From NCBI GenBank assembly GCA_048128005.1, contig JBEUKZ010000135.1, forward strand, positions 124,001 through 188,000: a stretch of DNA of 64,000 nt, in the 5' to 3' direction. This document shows, one piece after another, positions 26,301 to 39,600 of the stretch; the stretch's first letter is position 1; every line of letters begins with the position of its first letter. A program made the translations under genes and the position numbers. Source of the DNA: Veleropilina oligotropha (Eukaryota). Under the pieces are notes generated by a model. That model did not search any database, was not told the origin of the DNA, and saw nothing but the letters and a program-made list of their open reading frames with translations.

Positions 26301-27042
26301 TGAAAGACATTTGTCATTTTGCATCATATTTAATGTTATATATTTGCACATAATATTATAGATATGATATCACAAATATATCTTGATATTGATTCTATCT
26401 TTATTAAAGAGTATTCCAAATTTGAAGGCTTTATCTCTTCTGGTTCTTTATTTATGAATGTTCAAAATGTTTGCAATTTTGACTAAAATGTCCAGATTTT
26501 GTCTTTCGGGCCAATGGATATTTTGATATTTTGATAATGGATATAATAACGAAGTACTGTTAACCATAGTACAAGCAATTTCAGCATTGTGGAGTCAATA
26601 ACTTTTAAATTATATGTCTTGGAAAATGTCTCCTTGACCATTTTGGCAAGAATTCGCGATGACATATTTTCTTGTCAAATGATTCCATCATGCTTCATTC
26701 ATAGTTCTATAACTTTTTGTGCCCAATATATAGCCAATTATTCCTTTATTACTTGGTAATATAACTTGTACAGCAAGTATGCACACTTTCAGACCATTGT
26801 CTCTTCTAATAATCTTTTTAGCTCATCTTGAAAATCTCTCTTCAAAGCTAGAGACTTGTTCAGAAATTTTTCGAAACCGGAAACCGATGGTTTAAAAAAT
26901 GCCATAAAATGAAAACCGATTGTCCGATATGCTTGAAATAAAAAGCTATTTACTTCATTTTTACACTTCATTCACTTGAGATATGTAAAACAAGATTAAT
27001 TCTAGTTCGTAATTTTTAGTTGGGATACCTAATGGTAGCCTA
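23382..27042 (+). repeat. Second, longer copy of the DNA-transposon-like block (14475-17833)
   Basis: Same small ORFs with few substitutions, plus extra sequence 26711-27042 that unit 1 lacks. Confidence 0.88.
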
Positions 27043-30019
27043 TTGCACAAGGGCGCAGTGAGTGTAGTGAGAATGTCCAATCCTCAGTCTGGCCAAGACG
27101 ACATCCTCTCGCCGAGTTGTTCTGCAAGAGGGGCCCCAATCACCAAGAAGAGGTTGAACATTCTGCAATTTATTCCTTGTGCATTCACTCCAAGAGTGCT
27201 GCCAAGTAGAATTTATATATTTGTTTATGCTTTGTTTAAAATCTGAGTGTGGTAATCTACAATTTAGATATTGTTAAAATATGAGGCTGCCTTGGCAGCT
27301 TGGTCAGCCTTCTCATTGCCTTGGATACCGATATGGCTCGGTATCCAGCAATAAATAATGTCATTATCAGGTAAAAGGTTGTTATAGTTCAATAAAATTT
27401 CCTGAACAATAACATTTCTATTCATCTCCCTCTGTGCTTGTAAGCTAGAGAGGGAGTCTGAAAAGATAATAAAACACCGTTTAGTACTTGTAGAGATAAA
27501 ATTAAGAGCAAGCTCTATTGCTTTTAGTTCTTCAGTATATAATTATAGTCGCGCTGCCTGGCAGACGGTTTTGAAAACATTGTCTGCCAGTGACAGCGGC
27601 TGCTCCTACTAATTCTGCATCTTTTGAACCATCTGTGTATATGCTTTGTACGATCTGAGTATTTCAGTTTCAAATCGTGCACTTTTGTGAGATAATCTGA
27701 TGTGTCTGTGTTTGATTTTTTGAGTGATGCAAGCTGCAGGTCAATCACCGGTGCTCTTAGTGTCAATGGTGGCGTATCCGAAATGTGATTTGTTTTAATT
27801 TGACCTAAATGTATGCCTGCGTTTTCAAGCGCTGGTTTAATGCGGATGCCGAATGGTGAAATTTTGTTTGGTTTTGCCAGAAATAAATTTTCGTAATTAG
27901 GTGTAAATACAGTTTCGAAAGCTGGGTTAGATGGGTGTGATTTTAATTTGATTGCATATTGCAGTGATAATTTTTCACGTCTGTGTGTAAGAGATGGTTT
28001 ATTGGCTTCGACATAGAGGCTTTCCATGGGTGATGTGCGGAAAGCCCCAAGTGCAAGTCGAAGCCCTTGATTATGGATTGGATCAAGCATTTTAAGATAT
28101 GAATGGCGAGCAGAGCCATATACTATGCTCCCATAATCAAGTTTTGATCTAATTAATGATCTGTATAGTCGTAATAAAACTGTTTTATCAGCACCCCATT
28201 CAGTATTAGAAACTACTTTCATTAGATTCAAAGCGTTCTTGCATTTAGCTTTGATATATTTTATATGAGGTATGAAAGTCAGTTTGCGGTCAAATATAAG
28301 GCCTAAAAATTTAAATTGGTCCACGACTGGAATCTCAAAGTCATCCAGTTTTAGCACAGGGTCGTCATGAATTTCACGATGCTGGCAGAAATGCATGCAT
28401 TTAGTTTTGTCCTTTGAGAATTTAAATCCATTCTCTTCGGACCATATCTGTAATTTATTTAGGCCGTGTTGTAGCTGGCGTTCTATACTGTTCATATTTG
28501 TTGAACGATAGCAAATGCCAAAATCGTCAACAAATAATGAACAGTCAGTGCCAGTACTAATACATTTGACGATACTGTTGATCTTAATACTGAATAGGGT
28601 GACTGATAAAATGCTTCCTTGAGGGACACCCATCTCCTGGTCGTGGATATCGGAGAGGGTGTCACCCACCTTCACTTGAAAATTTCTATCCTCAAGGAAT
28701 TTCGAAATAAAATTGGGCAAGTGGCCCTTTAAACCAACATCAAACAAATCCTTCATAATCCCGTACTTCCAAGTAGTGTCGTAAGCCTTCTCTAGATCGA
28801 AAAATACAGCAACTAAATGTCTGTTTAGGAAGGCCTCACGAACAAAAGTTTCCAGACGTACCAAGTGATCTGTGGTGCTCCGGTTGCGCCGGAACCCACA
28901 TTGATATTCTGTAAGTAAATTATTTGATTCTAAGTACCAAACTAATCTCTCGTTTATCATCCTTTCCATGGTTTTACAAATACAACTCGTCAGGGCTATG
29001 GGTCGATAACTGTTGGGATGTGATGTATCTTTCAAATTGAGCCTTGTTTTTTTCTTTTTGATGTTTAAAATGGCTGAATTTTGGAGTGCAGTTGTCGGAT
29101 GATGAATTGGCAGAAAATGTGTCTGCCAAGGTGTTTGCGATGTCTTTATCCGTGTTGGCTTCTGAATTGGTTGTTTTAAAATGCTTGATGCAGTTGGGTG
29201 TATGCTTGCCGCTGATTTTACGGATCATATCCCATGTTTTTTTAATAGTAGAACGAGAGTTTAGTTTGGTAACGTAGGAATGCCAGGATTCCCTTTTGCT
29301 ATGCTTGATGGTACGTCTGGCTTGTGCTCTTAATAGCCTAAAGCTATTAAGATTTTGTAGTGTTGGGTACTGTTTAAATGTTGAAATTGCATGTATGCGT
29401 GCTTTGATTGCTTGTCTGCAGTCTTCATTAAACCAAGGTTTGCTTTTGTGTTTGGCATTTGGACAAGTTTTTGGAATTGATAGTGTTGCAATGTCGTGTA
29501 GTGTTGTAGCGAAACTTGATATTGGGTCTTCGCCATTAGTAAGGTGACCTTCGTGTAATTGGTCTTCACAAAGAGATTGGAATTTCCCCCAATCTGCTTT
29601 GTGAAGTTGCCACCTTTCCGTGTGTTCTTGTGCTTGGTTAATTGTGCTTTCCAGGAAAATTGGAAAGTGGTCGCTTCCACGGAGGTCCTCACCAACTTTC
29701 CAAGTAAAGTCCAGGATTTGATTTGATTTGAATTGATGTTTAACGACCACGCCGACACTATAATGGTCATAATCGGGTCGGTCATTTTAATTATACAATA
29801 GTTTAATATAAAATGTTAAAAGTAGGGATATATATTTTACTAATAATAATATCATAATAAAAACAAATCAATATATTTACAAGTAAAATAAACACAATGC
29901 AAATTTGGATAAAAGATCAAATGTTTGCTAAAAAACAGTATAATAATAAAAAAATAGTATAATAATTAAAAAACGAAATATAAAATTTAGTCATAAAGGA
30001 AATTAAAGTATACATAAAA

Positions 30020-33000
30020 TTTATAACATAGAAAATATTTACGTGTTTTAAAAATTCAAATACGGCTTTGAGCTTATTAAGATTAAATAACTCTTGGAGT
30101 GAATTTGCCCTAAAATACCTTTGGCGTGCGAGATCCAAATCGACACAATCCAATAATATATGTTTAATTGTTAGGGCAGTTGCACAAGGAATACACTCAG
30201 GTGGAGGCTCCCCTTTAAGCAAGTAGGAGTGAGTGTAGTGAGAATGCCCAATCCTCAGTCTGGCCAAGACGACCTCCTCTCGCCGAGTTGGCCTGTAAGA
30301 GGGGCCCCAATCGCCAAGAAGAGGTTGGACATTCTGCAGTTTATTCCTTATGCATTCACTCCAAGAGTGCTCCAAGTAGAATTTATATATTTGTTTATGC
30401 TTTGTTTAAAATCTGAGTGTGGTTATTTCCAATTTTGTATATTGTTAAAATGTGAGGCTGCCTTGGCAGCTTGGTCAGCCTTCTCATTGCATTGGATACC
30501 GATATGGCTCGGTATCCAGCATAAAATAATGTCATTATCAGGTAAAAGGTTGTTATAGTTTAATAAAATTTCCTGAACAATAACATTTCTATTCATCTCC
30601 CTCAGTGCTTGTAAGCTAGAGAGGGAGTCTGAATAGATAATAAAACGCCGTTTAGTACATGTAGAGATAAAATTAAGAGCAAGCTCGATTGCTTTTAGTT
30701 CTGCAGTATATATAGTCGCGCTGCCTGGCAGACGGTTTTGAAAACATTGTCTGCCAGTGACAGCGGCTGCTCCTACTAATTCTGCATCTTTTGAACCATC
30801 TGTACATTTGCACGATCTGAATATTTTAATTTCAGATCGTGCACTTTTATGAGATAATCTGATGTGTCTGTGTTTGATTTTTTTAGTGATGTAAGTTGTA
30901 GATCAATTACCGGTACTTTCAGTGTCCATGGTGGAGTATCCGGAATGTAATTTGTTTTAATTTGATCTATATTTATGTTTGACTTTTCTAGTGCTGGTTT
31001 TATGCGAATGCCTAATGGTGCAATTTTGTTTGGTTTTGCCTGAAACAGAATTTCGTAGTTAGGTGTAAATACAGTTTCGAAAGCTGGATTAGATGGATTT
31101 GATTTTAATTTAATTGCATACTGCAGTGAAAGTTTTGCGCGTCTATGTGTATGTGATGGTTCGTTTGCTTCGACATAAAGGCTTTCCATGGGTGATGTAC
31201 GGAAAGCCCCTAGTGCCAATCGAAGCCCTTGATTATGGATTGGATCAAGCATTTTAAGGTAAGAATGGCGAGCAGAGCCATATACAATGCTCTCGTAATC
31301 AAGTTTTGATCTAATTAAGGATATATATAATCGGAGTAAAACTTTTTTATCAGCACCCCATTCAGTATTAGAAACTACTTTCATTAAATTTAAAGCTTTC
31401 TGACATTTAGCTTTAATATATTTGATATGAGGTATGAAAGTCAGTTTGCGGTCAAATATAAGGCCTAAAAATTTAAATTGGTCCACCACTGGAATCTCAA
31501 AGTCATCCAGTTTCAGCACAGGGTCGTCGTGTATTTCACGACGCTGGCAAAAGTGCATGCATTTAGTTTTGTCCTTTGATAATTTAAATCCATTCTCATC
31601 GGACCATATCTGTAATTTATTTAGGCCATGTTGTAACTGGCGTTCTATACTGTTCATATTTGTTGAACGATAGCAAATGCCAAAATCGTCAACAAATAAT
31701 GAACAGTCAGTGCCAGTACTAATACATTTGACAATACTGTTTATTTTAATACTGAATAGGGTGACTGATAAAATACTTCCTTGAGGGACACCCATCTCCT
31801 GGTCGTGGAGGTCGGAGAGGGTGTCACCCACATTGACTTTAAAAATTCGGTCCTCAAGGAATTTTGAGATAAAAGTGGACAAGTTGCCCTTTAAGCCAAA
31901 ATCAAACAAATCTTTCATAATCCCGTACTTCCATGTAGTATCGTAGGCCTTCTCTAGATCGAAAAAAACAGCAACTAAGTGTTGTCTGTTTAAGAAGGCC
32001 TCACGAACAAAAGTTTCCAGACGTACCAAATGATCAATTGTGCTCCGGTTCCTACGGAATCCACTTTGATATTCTGTTAATAAATTATTGGATTCAAGAT
32101 ACCAAACTAATCTCTCGTTTATCATCCGTTCCATGGTTTTACAAATACAACTCGTCAGAGCTATAGGTCGATAACTGTTTGCATGCGATGGATCTTTCCC
32201 TGCCTTGGGAACTGGAATAACGGTAGCTTCCCTCCATGCGGATGGGAAGATTCCAGTTTCCCAAATGGTATTGAATAATGCAAGGAGAGTTGCAAGTGAT
32301 GTTTCAGGTAAGTGCTTTAGTAACTGATATTGTATATCATCAGGACCAGCTGATGTGTCATGTGCCTTGTTTAGTGAATCTGTGAGTTCTTTGCGTGTAA
32401 ATGGTTGATTGTATGATTCAGAATTGTTAGATCTAAAGTTTAGCCTTGTTTTTTTCCTTTTGATGTTTGAAACGGGTAAATTTTGGTGTACAGTTATCGG
32501 ATGATGAATTGGCAGAAAATGTATCTGCCAAAGTATTTGCAATGTCTTTAGCTGAGGTTGCTTCTGAGGTGTTTGTTTTAATGTGCTTGATGCAGTTAGG
32601 TATATGTTTGCCGCTGATTTTACGGATCATATCCCATGTCTTTTTAATAGTGGAACGAGAGTTTAGTTTGGTAACATAGGAATGCCAGGATTCCCTTTTG
32701 CTTTGCTTGATGGTACGTCTGGCTTTTGCCCTTAGTAGCCTATAGCTATTAAGGTTTTGTAATGTTGGGTTGTGTTTAAATGTTGAAATTGCATGTATGC
32801 GTGTTTTTATTGCTTGCCTGCAGTCTTCATTAAACCAAGGTTTACTTTTGTGTTTTGCATTTGGACAGGTCTTTGGAATTGAGAGTGTTGCAATGTCATG
32901 TAATGTCGTAGAGAAACTTGATATTGGGTCATCGTCATTAGTGAAGTTGTTTGAGTGTAATTGGTCTTCGCAAAGAGATTGGAATATTGGCCAATCAGCT

Positions 33001-33698
33001 TTGTAAAGTTTACACCTTTCAGTGTATGTTTGTGCTTGGTTAATTGTGCTTTCCAGGAAAATTGGAAAGTGGTCGCTTCCGCGGAGGTCCTCACCAACTT
33101 TCCAAGTAAAGTCCAGGAAAACAGATGGGTCGCACATGGTAAGGTCAATGGTGGTAAGTGAGCCTGTAGGTGGATGCATGTATGTTGGCGATTTGGTAGT
33201 ATTAAATAAACACAGATTGTGTTTCCCAATAAAGTCCTCTATTTGATGTCCCCGTTTATCTGTATCAGTACCGCCCCAATCCGTACTGTGGGCGTTAAAA
33301 TCGCCACACAATATAAATGGGGTCGGTAGCTGATTGATGAGATTGTCAAGGTCAGTAGGTCGTAAGTTTGTACTAGGTGGTAAGTATACCGAGCAGATAG
33401 TTATTACTCGGTAAGTCGATATTTTCACTGCTACTGCCTGTAAGTTTGTGTTTAAGTTGACCTGACTGTGTGGTGTTCTGTTGTTGACAATGATTGAAAC
33501 CCCCCCTGTTGCTTTGTCACCTGTGGTGACAATGTGATTGTATAGTGAGTGGTCTTTGATATGTATGTTGTCTGTGAGTTTCATGAAGGTTTCATTAGGA
33601 CATAATGCTGTTGGTTTGTGTTCTTGAATTAATAGACTGATCTCATCAATATTAGGTTTAATGCCTCTACAATTCCATTGTATTATTGTGCCTGACAT
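30020..33698 (-). pseudogene. LINE C ORF2 (APE-RT-RNase H), multiply frameshifted
   Basis: ORFs 32433-33698, 30776-32542 and 29917-30375 in successive frames. Confidence 0.9.
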
Positions 33699-33756
33699 GT
33701 TGGTTTAATGGTGTGTGTATTAAGATATTTGCTTGTAATGTTATGTTAAAATTTGC

Positions 33757-35238
33757 CTATTTATTCGGTGGAAGTACGGGCTTGATGGGAGGTTTTGGCT
33801 TGTGCGGGCGATCCAATGGCTGATCGCTTTCCATTGGATCGTTGGCAGGAGGAAGCGGCCCATGTGTTTCGGGGCTCTCCTCCGTCTGCCGGTGTAATTT
33901 GTCTGCTGCCTCTCTCCCACCCTTCATGGCAGCAGCAACAATTTCGGACGCGAGGTCCTCTATAATGGTATCGGTATTATCAATTTGGTCATCTGATGGT
34001 TCGTTGGTATCCATCAGGTGACCAAAGCGATTATGCAGCTTAATAGGATCCTCGGACCCTTTGGGCTTTCTATCTGATTTTGTATGTTTCTTAGAGGCTG
34101 CTGCTTTAGGAACAGCAGCAGTCTCTTTTGTAGAGTTGCGAGTATGTTTGGTTGAAGGTTTGATAGGTTTGATTGACTGTGACGTTTGAGTTGATTCTGA
34201 TGACGAAGATGCTAAATTGCTTCGAGATGGCAAAGTGCTGAAAAAAGCTTCGCCGAATGGCCAGGTGATATCCGTTTGTGTCGAAGAGGATCTAGTGACT
34301 GGCTTTTGCTCCGGTGCTGCAGCAATTGCAGCATAGGATTTACCCGAAGTGGTCCTGGATTCAACCAGTTTCCTGGCATCAGGGAAAGAGATCCGGTCGA
34401 TAGTTTTGACCCTTTGGATCTTTTTCTCATGCTTCCACTTCGGGCAGTCCTTAGAGTAAGCAAAATGCTTACCCTTGCAATTGCAGCATAGTGGTGGCTT
34501 GGAGCAAGAGTCAGACTCGTGACCCTCCTCGCTACATCGAGCACATGCGGGATTCCTTTTGCATCGGTCCTTGTGATGCCCAAATGACTGGCATTTGAAG
34601 CATCTCAAGGGGTTTGGGATGTAGGGCTCTACAGGGATGATAATATAACCAGCTTTAATTGTTCTAGGTAGAACAGGAAGGCGGCAGTCCAGAATGATGG
34701 TATTGATGGGGATCTTCTTTCCATCTTTAAACATGGTCAGGCGTGTAACCTTAGTTACACCCTGGCTCTTCATGCCTTCCAGCAGTTCCTGTTCACTGCA
34801 TCCCTGCAGATCCCTAGATCTAATAACTCCCTTGGAGGTGTTCAAGGACCGATGCGGTCGAATTTCAACGGGAATGTTGACAAATTTCGAAGTTCTAAGG
34901 AGATTCTCCGCATGGCTCTTCCTGGCGCATTCGACCAACAGGGTGCCATCTCGAAGTTTCTTCACTGATCGAGGTTCGCCAGCAAGACCAAGGATAGCCT
35001 TGGAGATGGCGAAGGGACTCAAAGAAGTAATTGGAGTATTTGAGTCGCGTGCCTCGATTGTCAAGAATCGTGACCAGCTTTCCGGTACAGGGGGTGGAGG
35101 GTCGGGCCTATATTCAGCCTCCCTCTCAGGATCGAATGGGATTGACCGGATAGCGGCCATATATTTAGCATCAGCGTCATCAGGATCATTGTCAAAGTCT
35201 CTACGTCGTTTAGCCGCGTGAGTATATTTGTGTGCCAT
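33757..35238 (-). CDS. LINE C ORF1, intact gag-like CCHC protein (~493 aa)
   Basis: Open from MAHKYTH to PVLPPNK with three zinc knuckles. Confidence 0.92.
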   Translation of the reverse strand: MAHKYTHAAKRRRDFDNDPDDADAKYMAAIRSIPFDPEREAEYRPDPPPPVPESWSRFLTIEARDSNTPITSLSPFAISKAILGLAGEPRSVKKLRDGTLLVECARKSHAENLLRTSKFVNIPVEIRPHRSLNTSKGVIRSRDLQGCSEQELLEGMKSQGVTKVTRLTMFKDGKKIPINTIILDCRLPVLPRTIKAGYIIIPVEPYIPNPLRCFKCQSFGHHKDRCKRNPACARCSEEGHESDSCSKPPLCCNCKGKHFAYSKDCPKWKHEKKIQRVKTIDRISFPDARKLVESRTTSGKSYAAIAAAPEQKPVTRSSSTQTDITWPFGEAFFSTLPSRSNLASSSSESTQTSQSIKPIKPSTKHTRNSTKETAAVPKAAASKKHTKSDRKPKGSEDPIKLHNRFGHLMDTNEPSDDQIDNTDTIIEDLASEIVAAAMKGGREAADKLHRQTEESPETHGPLPPANDPMESDQPLDRPHKPKPPIKPVLPPNK

Positions 35239-36674
35239 ATTGTGTTTGTAGTGTTTCATCACCCGAGGTCCCCGCCCACCCCGGAGCCCAACAAGGGGGC
35301 ATTTAACAGGTGCGGGGTTCCAGCACCCAATGCCAGGGATACCCGGGTGATATACTCAAATAAGTGAATGAATATTTGTGGTGGGAAGTGTATATCCCAC
35401 CATTCATTCCTCACTTGATTGACCCTTCAGCCACCGCCTTCTGGGATGTAGATCAATGGATGTTAAGTGATCTATGATATGACATGTTTTCATAAATAAA
35501 ATTTGAATGATGTTGTTTAAAATGTTAAATTATCCCAGGGCACGGCGTGATAAGCCGATTGATCAGGTAGGGCCTATCTGACCTCCCGTCTAGCTGAATC
35601 CGAGGCCAAAGTAGTGTGTTGCTTCAGCCGAGGCCGAAGCTCAACTACCAGGATCCTCTTCTCCAACATCACGGGTCGCCACCCACGGCAAACAGGTGGC
35701 TCCCATTTGGGGGGATCTTACCCCTCTGCAGGGAGAGCAGTCGGCATATTCTAACCCCTAACCGACTGGGGGGGGGGGGTAAAGTCCAGGAAAGTGATGG
35801 GTCGCACATGGTAAGGTCAATGGTGGTAAGTGAGCCTGTAGCTGGATGCATGTATGTTGGCGATTTTGTATTATTAAATAAACACAGATTGTGTTTCCCA
35901 ATAAAGTCCTCTATTTAATGTCACCGTTTGTCTGTGTCAGTACCGCCCCAATCCGCACTGTGGGCATTAAAAACGACACACAGTACAAATTGGGTCGGTA
36001 ACTGATCGATGAGATTGTCAAGGCCAGTAGGTCGTAAGTTTGGACCAGGTGGTAAGTATACCGAGCAGATAGTTATTACTCGGTGAATCGATATTTTCAC
36101 CGCTACTGCCTGTAAGTTGGTGTTTAAGTTCACCTGGCTGTGTGGTGTTTTGTTGTTGATGATGATTGAACCCCCCCCCCCCTGTAGCCTTGTCACCTGT
36201 TGTGACAATGTGATTATATAGTGAGTGATCTTTAATGCGTATGTTTCATGTAAGTTTCATTGAGACAAAATGCTATTGGTTTGTGTTATTTTATTAATAG
36301 ACTGATCTCATCAATATTGGGTTTAATGCCTCTACAATTCCATTGTATTATTGTGCCTGACATGCTGGTTTAATGGTGTGTATTAGTATATTTGTGTGTA
36401 ATGTTATGTTTAAATTTGTCTATTTGTTCGGTGGAACTATGGGCTTTATAGCAGGTTTCGGTTTGTGCTGGCGATCCAATGGTTCATCGCTTTCCATTGG
36501 ATCGTTGGAAGGAGGAAGCGGCCCAGGTGGTTCGGGGCTCTCCGTCTGCCGGTGTAATTTGGCTGCTTCCGCCCTCCCACCCTTCGTGGCAGCAGCAACA
36601 ATTTCCGAAGCAAGGTCCTCTATAATAGTATCGGTATCAATTTGGTCATCTGATGGTTCGTTGTACCCAGACGG

Positions 36675-39600
36675 TTTGATTTGATTTGATTTGATGTTTA
36701 ACGACCACGCCGACACTATAATGGTCATAATCGGGTCGGGCAAGTTAATTATACAATAGTTTAATATAAAATGTTAAAAGTTGGGATATATATTTACTAA
36801 TAAAATATCAATTGAATAAAACGTGATAAATAATAAAAACAAATCGATATATTTACAAGTAAAAGAAACAAAATGCAAATTTGGATAAAAGATAAAATGT
36901 TTGCTAAAAATGAGTATAATAATAAAATAGTATAATAATATAATAAAAAAATTACATAGAATTTAGTCATAAAGGAAATAAAAGTATAAATAAAAATCAT
37001 AACATGGAAAATATTTACTTGTTTTAAAAATTCAAATACGGCTTCGAGCGTATTAAGATTAAATAACTCTTGGAGTGAATTTGCCCTAAAATACCTTTGG
37101 CGTGCGGGATCCAAATCGACACAATCCAATAATATATGTTTAATTGTTAGGGCAGTTGCACAAGGAATACACTCAGGTGGAGGCTCCCCTTTAAGCAAGT
37201 AGGAGTGAGTGTAGTGAGAATGCCCAATCCTCAGTCTGGCCAAGACCACCTCCTCTCGCCGAGTTGTTCTGCAAGAGGGGCCCCAGTCACCAAGAAGAGG
37301 TTGGACATTCTGCAGTTTATTCCTTGTGCATTCACTCCAAGAGTGCTGCCAAGTAAAATTTATATATTTGTTTATGCTTTGTTTAAAATCTGAGTCTGGT
37401 AATTTATAATTTAGTATATTGTTAAAATGTGAGGCTGCCTTGGCAGCTTGGTCAGCCTTCTCATTGCCTCGGATACCGATATGGCTCGGTATCCAGCATA
37501 AAATAATGTCATTGTCAGGTAAAAGGTTGTTATAGTTTAATAAAATTTCCTGAACAATCACATTTCTATTCATCTCCCTCAGTGCTTGTAAGCTAGAGAG
37601 GGAGTCTGAATAGATAATAAAACGCCGTTTAGTACTTGTAGAGATAAAATTAAGAGCAAGCTCGATTGCTTTTAGTTCTGCAGTATATATAGTCGCGCTG
37701 CCTGGCAGACGGTTTTGAAAACATTGTCTGCCAGTGACAGCGGCTGCTCCTACTAATTCTGCATCTTTTGAACCATCTGTGTATATGCTTGCACGATCTG
37801 AATATTTTAATTTCAGATCGTGCACTTTTATGAGATAGTCTGATGTGTCTGTGTTTGAATTTTTTAGTGATGTAAGTTGTAGATCAATTACCGGTACTTT
37901 TAGTGTCCATGGTGGAGTATCCGGAATGTGATTTGTTTTAATTTGACCTACATGTATGCCTGCGTTTTCTAGTGCTGGTTTAATGCGGATGCCAAATGGT
38001 GCAATTTTGTTTGGTTTTGCCTGAAATAGATGTTCATAATTTGGTGTAAATACAGTTTCGAAAGCAGGGTTAGATGGGTGTGATTTTAATTTGATTGCAT
38101 ATTGCAGTGATAATTTTGCACGTCTGTGTGTAAGAGATGGTTCGTTGGCTTCGACATAGAGGCTTTCCATGGGTGATGTGCGGAAAGCCCCAAGTGCAAG
38201 TCGAAGCCCTTGATTATGGATTGGATCAAGCATTTTAAGATATGAATGGCGAGCAGAGCCATATACTATGCTCCCATAATCAAGTTTTGATCTAATTAAT
38301 GATCTGTATAGTCGTATTAAAACTGTTTTATCAGCACCCCATTCAGTATTAGAAACTACTTTCTTGCATTTAGCTTTGATATATTTTATATGAGGTATGA
38401 AAGTCAGTTTGCGGTCAAATATAAGGCCTACAAATTTAAATTGGTCCACCACTGGAATCTCAAAGTCATCCAGTTTTAGCACAGGGTCGTCATGAATGTC
38501 ACGACGCTGGCAGAAATGCATGCATTTAGTTTTGTCCTTTGATAATTTAAATCCATTCTCATCGGACCATATCTGTAATTTATTTAGGCCGTGTTGTAGC
38601 TGGCGTTCTATACTGTTCATATTTGTTGAACGATAGCAAATGCCAAAATCGTCAACAAATAATGAACAGTCAGTGCCAGTACTAATACATTTGACGATAC
38701 TGTTTATTTTAATACTGAATAGGGTGACTGATAAAATGCTTCCTTGAGGGACACCCATCTCCTGGTCGTGGATATCGGAGAGGGTGTCACCCACCTTCAC
38801 TTGAAAATTTCTATCCTCAAGGAATTTCGAAATAAAATTGGGCAAGTGGCCCTTTAAACCAAAATCAAACAAATCCTTCATAATCCCGTACTTCCAAGTA
38901 GTGTCGTAGGCCTTCTCTAGATCGAAAAAAACAGCAACTAAATGTTGTCTGTTTAGGAAGGCCTCACGAACAAAAGTTTCCAGACGTACCAAGTGATCTG
39001 TGGTGCTCCGGTTGCGCCGGAACCCACATTGATATTTTGTACGTAAATTATTTGATTCTAAGTACCAAACTAATCTCTCGTTTATCATCCTTTCCATGGT
39101 TTTACAAATACAACTCGTCAAGGCTATGTGTCGATAACTGTTGGGATGTGATGTATCTTTTCCCACCTTTGCAATTGGGATAATAATAGCTTCCCTCCAC
39201 GAGGGAGGGAAGGTTCCAGTTTACCAGATTGTATTGAATATTGCAAGTAGAGTTGTAAGTGATGTTCCGGGTAAGTGCTTAAGTAATTGATAGTGAATGT
39301 CATCAGGGCCAACTGATGTGTCATGTGCCTTGTTTAGTGAATCTGTCAGTTCCTTGTGTGAAAATGGTTGGTTGTACGACTCTGTATTGCTTGATCTAAA
39401 ATTGAGCCTTGTTTTTTCTTTTTGATGTTTAAAATGGCTGAATTTTGGAGTGCAGTTGTCGGATGATGAATTGGCAGAAAATGTGTCTGCCAAGGTGTTT
39501 GCGATGTCTTTAGCCGTGTTGGCTTCTGAATTGGTTGTTTTAAGGTGCTTGATGCAGTTGGGTGTATGCTTGCCGCTGATTTTACGGATCATATCCCATG

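Larger units (their letters stand above)
29717..35778 (-). mobile_element. Full-length Nimb-like LINE copy C with 12-13 bp TSD, nested in an older Nimb copy
   Basis: TSD gtaaagtccagga at 29704-29716 and 35779-35791, a (tcaaa)n tail, and a complete 5' leader. Confidence 0.95.
27043..36663 (-). mobile_element. Degenerate Nimb-like LINE (unit 2 copy): 27043-29716 plus 35779-36663, split by LINE C
   Basis: RT ORF 27524-29035. The APE region continues across the TSD. ORF1 tail at 36420-36663. Confidence 0.9.
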
